A stretch of 64,000 nt of DNA, taken from positions 84,012,001-84,076,000 of the forward strand of contig NC_058368.1 of NCBI RefSeq assembly GCF_018350175.1, written 5' to 3'. Every line of letters starts with the position of its first letter. Position 1 is the first letter of the stretch. Of the stretch, positions 53,410-64,000 are shown in pieces. The notes beneath the pieces were generated by a model, which was not told where the DNA came from, did not search any database, and worked only from the letters and a program-made list of their open reading frames with translations. Source of the DNA: Felis catus (Eukaryota). The translations under genes and the position numbers were made by a program.

Positions 53410-56400
53410 GAAGGCACAGGGCTCTTTGCAAGATGGTGGCTTAGGAGGACGCTGGGCTCACCGCACGTCCTGCTGATCACTTAGATTCCACCTACACCTG
53501 CCTAAATAACCCAGAAAACCGCCAGAGGATTAGCAGAACGGAGTCGCCCGAGCCAAATGCAGACGAGAGGCCCACGGAAGAGGGTAGGAAGGGCGGCGAG
53601 GCGGTGTGCGCTCCACGGACTGGCGGGAGGGAGCCGGGGCGGCGGGCGGCTCGCCGGCCAGCAGAGCCCCCGAGTCTGGCTTGCAAAAGCAGAGGGGCCT
53701 GACGGACTGTGTTCCGACAACAAGCGCGACTTAGCGTCTGGGAGGTCATAAGTTAACAGCTCTGCTCAGAAAGCGGGAAGGCTGGAGGACAAAGGGAGGG
53801 AGAGCTGCTGAGCCCCCGGACAACAGAGCTAAGTTTGGTGGGGAACAAAGGCGCTCGCCAGTGCCATCTCCCCCGCCCATCCCCCAGCCAAAATCCCAAA
53901 GAGAACCAGTTCCTGCCAGGGAACTTGCTCGCCCCGCGCAAACACCCAACTCTGTGCTTCTGCGGAGCCAAACCTCCGGCAGCGGATCTGACTCCCTCCC
54001 CCTGCCACAGGGCCCCTCCTGAAGTGGATCACCTAAGGAGAAGCAATCTAAGCCTGCCCCTCCTGCCCCTGTGCACCTTGCCTACCCACCCCAGCTAATA
54101 CACCAGATCCCCAGCATCACAAGCCTGGCAGTGTGCAAGTAGCCCAAACGGGCCACACCACCCCACAGTGAATCCCGCCCCTAGGAGAGGGGAAGAGAAG
54201 GCACACAACAGTCTGACTGTGGCCCCAGCGGTGGGCTGGGGGCAGACATCAGGTCTGACTGCGGCCCCGCCCACCAACTCCAGTTATACACCACAGCACA
54301 GGGGAAGTGCCCTGCAGGTCCTCACCACGCCAGGGACTATCCAAAATGACCAAGCGGAAGAATACCCCTCAGAAGAATCTCCAGGAAATAACAACAGCTA
54401 TTGGGCTCATCAAAAACGATTTAAATAATATAACAGAAAGTGAATTTAGAATAATAGTCATAAAATTAATCGCTGGGCTTGAAAACAGTATACAGGACAG
54501 CAGAGAATCTCTTGCTACAGAGATCAAGGGACTAAGGAACAGTCACGAGGAGCTGAAAAACGCTTTAAACGAAATGCATAACAAAATGGAAACCACCACA
54601 GCTCGGCTTGAAGAGGCAGAGGAGAGAATAGGTGAACTAGAAGATAAAGTTATGGAAAAAGAGGAAGCTGAGAAAAAGAGAGATAAAAAAATACTGGAGT
54701 ATGAGGGGAAAATTAGAGAACTGATACACTAAAAAGAAATAATATACGCATAATTGGTATCCCAGAGGAGGAAGAGAGAGGGAAAGGTGCTGAAGGGGTA
54801 CTTGAAGAAATAATAGCTGAGAACTTCCCTGAACTGGGGAAGGAAAAAGGCATTGAAATCCAAGAGGCACAGAGAACTCCCTTCAGACGTAACTTGAATC
54901 GATATTCTGCAAGACATATCATAGTGAAACTGGCAAAATACAAGGATAAAGAGAAAATTCTGAAAGCAGCAAGGGGTAAACGAGCCCTCACATATAAAGG
55001 GAGACCTATAAGACTCGTGACTGATCTCTCTTTTGAAACTTGGCAGGCCAGAAAGAATTGGCACGAGATTTTCAGGGTGCTAGACAGAAGAAATATGCAG
55101 CCAAGAATCCTTTATCCAGCAAGTGTGTCATTTAGAATAGAAGGAGAGATAAAGGTCTTCCCAAACAAACAAAAACTGAAGGAATTTGTCACCACTAAAC
55201 CAGCCCTACAAGAGATCCTAAGGGGGACCCTGTGAGACAAAGTCCCAGAGACATCACTACAAGCATAAAACATACAGACATCACAATGACTCTAAACCCG
55301 TATCTTTCTATAATAACACTGAATGTAAATGGATTAAATGCGCCAACCAAAGACATAGGGTATCAGAATGGATAAAAAAACAAGAACCATCTATTTTCTG
55401 TCTACAAGAGACTCATTTTAGACCTGAGGACACGTTTAGATTGAGAGTGAGGGGATGGAGAACTATTTATCATGCGACTGGAAGCCAAAAGAAAGCTGGA
55501 GTAGCCACACTTATATCAGACAAACTAGACTTTAAATTAAAGGCTGTAACAAGAGATGAAGAAGGACATTATATAATAGTTACAGGGTCTATCCATCAGG
55601 AAGAGCTAACAATTATAAATGTCTATGTGCCGAATACCAGAGCCCCCAAATATATAAAACAATTACTCATAAACATAAGCAACCTTATTGATAAGAATGT
55701 GGTAATTGCAGGGGACTTCAACACCGCACTTACAGAAAAGGATAGATCATCTAGACACACGGTCAATAAAGAAACAAGGGCCCTGAATGAGACATTGGAT
55801 CAGATGGACTTGACAGATATATTTAGAACTCTACATCCCAAAGCAACAGAATATACTTTCTTCTCGAGTGCACATGGAACATTCTCCAAGATAGATCATA
55901 TACTGGGTCACAAAACAGCCCTTCATAAGTTTACAAGAATTGAAATTATACCATGCATACTTTCAGACCACAATGCTATGAAACTTGAAATCAACCACAG
56001 AAAAAAGTCTGGAAAACCTCCAAAGGCATGGAGGTTAAAGAACACCCTACTAACGAATGAGTGGGTCAACCAGGCAATTAGAGAAGAAATTAAAAAATAT
56101 ATGGAAGCAAACTAAAATGAAAATACAACAATCCAAACGCTTTGGGACGCAGCGAAGGCAGTCCTGAGAGGAAAATACATTGCAATCCAGGCCTATCTCA
56201 AGAAACAAGAAAAATCCCAAATACAAAATCTAACAGCACACCTAAAGGAAATAGAAGGAGAACAGCAAAGACAGCCTAAACCCAGCAGAAGAAGAGAAAT
56301 AATAAATATAGAGCAGAAATAAACAATATAGAATCTAAAAAAACTGTAGAGCAGATCAACAAAACCAAGAGTTGGTTTTTTGAAAAAATAAACAAAATTG

Positions 56401-59359
56401 ACAAACTTCTAGCCAGGCTTCTCAAAAAGAAAAGGGAGATGACCCAAATAGATAAAATCATGAATGAAAGTGGAATTATGACAACCAATCCCTCAGAGAT
56501 ACAAACAATTATCAGGGAATACTATGAAAAATTATATGCCAACAAATTGGACAACCTGGAAAAAATGGACAAATTCCTGAACACCCACACTCTTCCAAAA
56601 CTCAATCAGGAGGAAATATAAAGCTTGAACAGACCCATAACCAGGGAAGAAATTGAATCGATTATCAAAAATCTCCCAACAAATAAGAGTCCAGGACCAG
56701 ATGGCTTCCCAGGGGAGTTCTACCAGACGTTTAAAGCAGAGATAATACCTATCCTTCTCAAGCTATTCCAAGAAATAGAAAGGGAAGGAAAACTTCCAGA
56801 CTCGTTCTATGAAGCCAGTATTAATTTGATTCCAAAACAGACAGAGACCCAGTAAAAAAAGAGAACTACAGGCCAATATCCCTGATGAATATGGATGCAA
56901 AAATTCTCAATAAGATACTAGCAAATCGAATTCAACGGCATATAAAAAGAATTATTCACCATGACCAAGTGGGATTCATTCCTGGGATGCAGGGCTGGCT
57001 CAACATTCGCAAATCAATCAACGTGATACATCACATTAACAAAAAAAAAAGATAAGAACCATATGATCCTGTCAATCGATGCAGAAAAGGCCTTTGACAA
57101 AATCCAGCACCCTTTCTTAATAAAAACCCTTGAGAAAGTCGGGATAGAAGGAACATACTTAAAGATCATAAAAGCCATTTATGAAAAGCCCACAGCTAAC
57201 ATCATCCTCAATGGGGAAAAACTGAGAGCTTTTTCCCTGAGATCAGGAACACGACAAGGATGCCCACTCTCACCGCTGCTGTTTAACATAGTGCTGGAAG
57301 TTCTAGCATCAGCAATCAGACAACAAAAGGAAATCAAAGGCATCAAAATTGGCAAAGATGAAGTCAAGCTTTTGCTTTTTGCAGATGACATGATATTATA
57401 CATGGAAAATCCGATAGACTCCACCAAAAGTCTGCTAGAACTGATACATGAATTCAGCAAAGTTGCAGGATACAAAATCAATGTACAGAAATCAGTTGCA
57501 TTCTTATACACTAACAATGAAGCAACAGAAAGACAAATAAAGAAACTGATCCCATTCACAATTGCACCAAGAATTATAAAATACATAGGAATAAATCTAA
57601 CCAAAGATGTAAAGGATCTGTATGCTGAAAACTATAGAAAGCTTATGAAGGACATTGAAGAAGATTTAAAGAAATGGAAAGACATTCCCTGCTCATGGAT
57701 TGGAAAAATAAATATTGTCAAAATGTCAATACTACCCAAAGCTATCTACACATTCAATGCAATCCCAATCAAAACTGCACCAGCATTCTTCTCAAAACTA
57801 GAACAAGCAATCCTAAAATTCATATGGAACCACAAAAGGCCCCGAATAGCCAAAGGAATTTTGAAGAAGAAGACCAAAGCAGGAGGCATCACAAGCCCAG
57901 ACTTTAGCCTCTACTACAAAGCTGTCATCATCAAGACAGCATGGTATTGGCACAGAAACAGACACATAGACCAATGGAATAGAATAGAAACCCCAGAACT
58001 AGACCCACAAACGTATGGCCAACTCATCTTTGACAAAGCAGGAAAGAACATCCAATGGAAAAAAGACAGCCTCTTTAACAAATGGTGCTGGGAGAACTGG
58101 ACAGCAACATGCAGAAGGTTGAAACTGGACCACTTTCTCACACCATTCACAAAAATAAACTCAAAATGGATAAAGGACCTAAATGTGAGATAGGAAACCA
58201 TCAAAACCTTAGAGGAGAAAGCAGGAAAAGACCTCTCTGACCTCAGCCGTAGCAATCTCTTACTCGACACATCCCCAAAGGCAAGGGAATTAAAAGCAAA
58301 AGTGAATTACTGGGACCTTATGAAGATAAAAAGCTTCTGCACAGCAAAGGAAACAACCAACAAAACTAAAAGGGAAAGAACGGAATGGGAAAAGATATTC
58401 GCAAATGACATATCGGACAAAGGGCTAGTATCCAAAATCTATAAAGAGTTCACCAAACTCCACACCCGAAAAACAAATAACCCAGTGAAGAAATGGGCAG
58501 AAAACATGAATAGACACTTCTCTAAAGAAGACATCCGGATGGCCAACAGGCACATGAAAAGATGTTCAGCGTCGCTCCTTATCAGGGAAATACAAATCAA
58601 AACCACACTCAGGTATCACCTCACGCCAGTCAGAGTGGCCAAAATGAACAAATCAGGAGACTATAGATGCTGGCGAGGATGTGGAGAAACGGGAACCCTC
58701 TTGCACTGTTGGTGGGAATGCAAATTGGTGCAGCCACTCTGGAAAGCAGTGTGGAGGTTCCTCAAAAAATTAAAAATAGACCTACCCTATGACCAGCAAT
58801 AGCACTGCTAGGAATTTACCCAAGGGATACAGGAGTACTGATGCATAGGGCCACTTGTACCCCAATGTTCATAGCAGCACTCTCAACAATAGCCAAATTA
58901 TGGAAAGAGCCTAAATGTCCATCAACTGATGAATGGATCAAGAAATTGTGGTTTATATACACAATGGAATATTACGTGGCAATGAGAAAAAATGAAATAT
59001 GGCCTTTTGTAGCAACGTGGATGGAACTGGAGAGTGTGATGCTAAGTGAAATAAGCCATACAGAGAAAGACAGATACCATATGGTTTCACTCTTATGTGG
59101 ATCCTGAGAAACTTAACAGGAACCCATGGGGGAGGGGAAGGAAAAAAAAAAAAGAGGTTAGAGTGGGAGAGAGCCAAAGCATAAGAGACTGTTAAAAACT
59201 GAGAACAAACTGAGGGTTGATGGGGGGTGGGAGGGAGGAGAGGGTGAGTGATGGGTACTGAGGAGGGCACCTTTTGGGATGAGCACTGGGTGTGGTATGG
59301 AAACCAATTTGTCAATAAATTTCATATATAAAAAAATAAAATAAAATAAATAAATAAAT
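53410..59359 (+). mobile_element. Full-length young LINE-1 (L1_Fc-like) with CpG-rich 5'UTR; ORF1 54346-55235 and ORF2 55286-59107 disrupted
   Basis: Perfect TSD aaaaggccagtttc (53396-53409 and 59360-59373) at tttt/aaaa. 4-bp deletion at ~54723 relative to the 13143-19089 copy; stops at ~56113, 56619 and 58191. Confidence 0.97.
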
Positions 59360-59373
59360 AAAAGGCCAGTTTC

Positions 59374-62300
59374 TTTGGGGTTGTCCAGTTTGCTGGCATA
59401 TAATTTTTCACAGTATTCTGTAATAATTGTTTACATTTCTGTGGTATTGGTTGTAATCTGTCCTTTTTCATTAGTGATTTTATCTGTTTGGGTACTCTCT
59501 CTTTTCTTTTGAGAAGTCTGGCTAGAATGTTATCAATTTTGTTTATTTTTTCAAGAAAACAGCCCTTAGATTCATTGATCTGTTCTGTTTTTTTTTTCTT
59601 TTTATTCTATATTGTTTATTTCTGCTCTAACTTTATTATTTCTCTTCTGCTGACCTTGGGATTTCTCTGCTGTCCTGCTTATAGTCCCTTTGGGTGTGCT
59701 GTTAGATTTTGTATTTGGGATTTTTCTTGTTTCTTGATATAGGCCTGGGCTGCAATATATTTTCCTCTTAGGGCTGCCTTTCCTGCATCCCAAAGGCTTT
59801 GGACTGCTGTGTTTTCATTTTCATTTGTATTCATGTATATATGTATATTTTAATTTCTTCTTTAATTACGTGGCTGACCCATTCATTCTTTAGTAGGATT
59901 TTCTTTAGTCCCCATACATTTGGAGGCTTTCAAAACTTTTTTCTTGTGACTGATTTCAAGTTTGATAGCATTGTGATCTGAAAATATGCATGTTATGATC
60001 TCAATTATTTTATATTTATTGAGGGCTTTTTTTGTGACACAGTATATGACCTATCTTGGTGAATATTCCTTGTGCACTCAAGAATAATGTGTATTCTGCT
60101 GCTTTTGGATGAAAAGTTCTGAATATATGTGTCAAATCCATCCGGTCCAGTGTATCATTCAGGGCCATTGTTTCTTCACTAATTTTCTGCCAAGATGATC
60201 TGTCCATTGCTCTAAGTGGAATATTAAAGTCATATGCAATAAAGATTACTTATGTTTGTGATTAATTGATTTAGGTGTTTCATATTGGGGCATAAACATT
60301 TATAATTCCTAGACACATAGACACTACCAAAACTCAAATTGTAAGAAAGACAAAATTTGAACAGACCCATGACCAGTGAAGAAGTTTAATCAGTTATCAA
60401 AACTCTCCCAAAAATAAGAGTTCTGGGCCAGATGACTTCCCAAGGGAATTCTACCAGACATTTTTAAAGCAGAGTTAATACCTGTCCTTCTCAAGGTGTT
60501 CCAAAAAATAGAAATAGAAGGAGAGCTTCTGGGCTCATTTTATGAAGCCAGCATTACCTTGATTCCCAAACCAGACAGATATCCGCCCCCCAAAAAAAGA
60601 TAATTAGAAGTCAAGATCTCTGATGAACATGGATGAAAAATTCTCTACAAGATACTAGCAAATTGAATTCAACAGTATATTAAAAGAATTATTCACCATG
60701 ATCAAGTGGGATTCATTCCCGGTATGCAGGGCTGGTTCAATATTTGCACATCACTAAATGTGATACATTACTTTAATAGAAGAATAAGAACCATATGATC
60801 CTGTAATTTGCAGAAAAGGCATTTGACAAAATACAGCTTTCTTTCTTAATAAAAACCCTCAAGAAAGTCAGAATAGAAAGAACATACCCTAACATCATAA
60901 AAGCCATATATGAAAGCCTGCAGCTAATATCATCTTCAATCAAGAAAAACTGAAAGCTTTCCCCATGAGATCAGGAACACAACAGGGATGTCCACTCTCA
61001 CCACTGTTGTTTCACATAGTGTTGGAAATCCTAGCCTCAGCAAACAGACAAAAAGTGAAATAAAAGGCATCCAAATTGGCAAAGAAGTCAAACTTTCACT
61101 TTTTTCATATGACATGATACTCTACATGGAAAACCCAAAAGACTCCACCCAAAAGGTGGTAGAACTCATACACTAATTCAGTAAAGTTGCAGGATACAAA
61201 ATCAAGGTACAGAAATCAGTTCTATTTCTATACACCAATAATGAAGCAACAGAAAGAGAAATCAAGAAATCGATCCCATTTACAATCACACCAAGAACAA
61301 TAAAATACCTAGGAATTAATCTAACAAAGATGTAAAAGATCTGTATGCTGAAAACTATAGAAAATTATGAAGAAAATTGAAGAAAATATAAAGAAATGGA
61401 AAAACATTCCATGCTCATGGATTGAAAAGACAAATATTGTTAAAATGTCAATATTACCCAAAGCAATACACACATCCAATGCAATCCCAATCAAAATTGT
61501 ACCAGCATTCTTCTCAGTGCTAGAACAAGCAATCCTAAAATTTGTATGGAACCACATAAGACCTTGAATAGCCAGAGTAATGTTGAAGAAGAAAACCGGA
61601 GTGGGAGGCATCACAATCCCAGACTTTACCTTCTACTACAAGGCTGTAATCATCAAGACAATATGGTATTGGCACAAACAGATACATAGGCCAACGGAAT
61701 AGAATAGACAACCCAGAATTGGACCCACAAATGTATGGCCAACCAATCTTTGACAAAGCAGGAAAGAGCATTCAATGGAAAAAAAGACCGTCTCTTTAGC
61801 AAATGGTGTTGGCAGAACGGAATAGCAACATGCAGAAGACTGAAACTGAACCACTTTATTACACCATACACAAAAGTAAACTCAAAATGGATAAAAAAAA
61901 AACACCTAAATGTGAGACAGGAAACCATCAAAATCTTAGAGGAGAAAACAGGCCACAATCTCTTTGACCTCAGTTGCAGCAATTTCTTGCTGGACATGTC
62001 TCCAAAGGCAAGAGAGATAAAAGCAAAAATAAACTATTGGGACCTTGTCAAGATAAAAAGCTTCTGCACTGCAAAAGAAACAATCAACAAAACTAAAAGG
62101 CAACCAGTGGAATGGGAGAAGATACTTGCAAATGATATATCAGATAAAGGGTTAATATTCAAAATCTATGAAGAACTCAACACCCAAAAAGAAATGGGCA
62201 CAAGACATGATTAGACACTTTTCCAAGGAAGACATCCAGATGGCCAAAAGACACATGAAAAGATGCTCATTATCACTCATCATGAGGGAAATATAAATCA

Positions 62301-63330
62301 AAACCACCTTGAGGGGCACCTGGGTGGCTCAGTAGGTTAAACGTCCAACTTCACCTCAGTTCACAATCTCATGGCTTATGAGTTCAAACCCCATGTCAGA
62401 CTTTGTGGTAATAGCTCAGAGCCTGGAGCCTCCTTTGGATTCTGTGTCTCTGTCTGTCTGTCTCTCTGCCCCTCCCCCAATCATGCTCTGTCTCTTTCTC
62501 CTTCAAAAATAAATAAACATTAAACAAAAACTTTTTAAACAAAACCACAGTGAGATACCACCTCAGACCAGTCAGACTGACTAAAATTAACAACTCATGA
62601 AACAACAGATCCTGGCAAAGATGTAGAGAAGTGGGAATCTTCTTGCACTGTTGGTAAATGCAAACTAGTGTAGTCACTCTGGAAAACAATGTGAAGGTTC
62701 CTCAAAAAATTAAAAATAGAACTACCCTATGACCCAGCAATGGCACTACTAGGAATTTATCCAAAGGATGCAGGAGTGCTAATTCATAGGGGCACATGTA
62801 CCCAATGTTTATAGAAGCACTTTCAGCTATAACCAAATTATGGAAAGAGCCTAAATGTCCATCAACCGATGAATGGGTAAAGAAGATGTTGTTTATATAT
62901 ACAATGGAATACTATTTGTCAATAAGAATGAAATACTGCCATTTGCAGCAACATGGATGGAATTGGAAAGTATTATGTTATGTGAAATAAGTCAGTCAGA
63001 GGAAGACAGATATCATATGTTTTCACTCATATATGTAACTTCAGAAACTTAACAGAAGACCATGGGGGAAGGGAAGGGGAAAAACTAGTTTCAAACAGAG
63101 ATGGAGGCAAACCATAAGAGACTATTAAATACAGAGAACAAACTGAGGGTTGATGGAGATGGTGAGGGAGAGGAGAAAATGGGAGAAGGACATTGAGGAG
63201 AGCACTTGTTGGGATGAGCACTGGGGGTTGTGTGTAAGTGATTAATCATGGAAATCTACCCCCAAAATGAAGAGCACACTGTATACACTATGTTAACCAA
63301 CTTGACAATAAATTATATTTTTAAAAATAA
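59374..63330 (+). mobile_element. 5'-inverted L1 (antisense 59374-60307, sense 60304-63330)
   Basis: The two pieces are nearly contiguous in L1 coordinates, with aatt microhomology at the junction. Confidence 0.92.
62313..62535 (+). mobile_element. CanSINE nested in L1
   Basis: ggggcacctgggtggctcag head. Degenerate TSD caaaaccaccttga / caaaaccacagtga. Confidence 0.92.
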
Positions 63331-64000
63331 TGCTTAGCCATTTTAACAGTAATGTTTTAAAATTATGTAAGCATCTCATTTTTGTTGCCAATGATGCTAC
63401 ATAGTCATATTTTATCACTAGTAATGCCATTTCAGCATATCACATGGGAAATTTTTAGTTTATTCTAATATTTATGTGTAATTGTTTAACAGATGGGTAC
63501 TTTTGATTTTGTTTGTATGCTTTGGAATATAAATTATAATTTAGTCTAGTTAAAAAAATTATTGAAAAGTAATTAAAATGACAAAATTTTTTTTAAAAAT
63601 GCCAGTTTCAATAACTATAGTGTCTGAAAAGGTTTTCTCATTGATGGAATCTAAAGTACCTTCATTTCCTCTGTAGCCTCCATTTAAAAAGAATTATTTT
63701 TCCTGGTGCTGGAATTACTGTTTCTAAATGAGTCTGGTCAAGTTTCAGCTTGTCTACAGAGTAATCATCTTTACAACAGCTGTATATTTGTCAATTACTT
63801 CCTTGAAAACTCTACATGCTCCTTTACTCAAATTAAATGTAACCTTTTGTTCATTTTCTCTGCTTAATTACGCAAGAATAAGAGCCTCTGGTTGTTACCC
63901 CTACAAACCTCTTCTCAATTGTTCTTCAATAAATTTGGCTTATTTTTCCTCCTCAAGGTCCTGATTCTTATTTTTCTCTAGTTCCAATTAGTTTCTGGAT

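Noticed and set aside
53492..53971. Antisense ORFs in the young L1 5'UTR that recur in the sister copy (18513-19003), suggesting an ORF0 analogue
   Set aside because: The starts I checked are TTG/GTG, or an ATG explained by CpG decay. Open frames are expected in GC-rich, closely related copies.
57063..58193. 376-aa reverse transcriptase ORF as an active or domesticated gene
   Set aside because: It is a fragment of L1 ORF2 between a frameshift and a premature stop.

Overview
This is mammalian genomic DNA from a feliform carnivore, most likely a felid (CanSINE/SINEC_Fc-type SINEs and L1_Fc-type LINEs), within an olfactory-receptor (OR) cluster. About three quarters of the window is LINE-1 by my summed spans (~48 of 64 kb), in several age classes, and all copies appear ORF-disrupted. 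It holds one intact family-2-like OR gene (11437-12363, +) and one convergent OR pseudogene (41730 to ~39495, -), which is split by a solo LTR that itself contains a second solo LTR. No new protein-coding system is evident. The notable signals are retrotransposition anatomy: (1) an L1 that appears to be a copy of a 5'UTR-spliced RNA (SpIRE-like), joined at an acceptor inside its own tandem repeat; (2) one 14-bp target site present three times, implying the same endonuclease site was used twice, with the older insertion inverted and carrying a probable ~270-bp 3' transduction; (3) a SINE containing a 99-bp templated copy of DNA from just downstream of the OR gene; (4) evidence of L1 5'UTR replacement. 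Family names come from pattern recognition, not database searches, and boundaries without target-site duplications (TSDs) are approximate.
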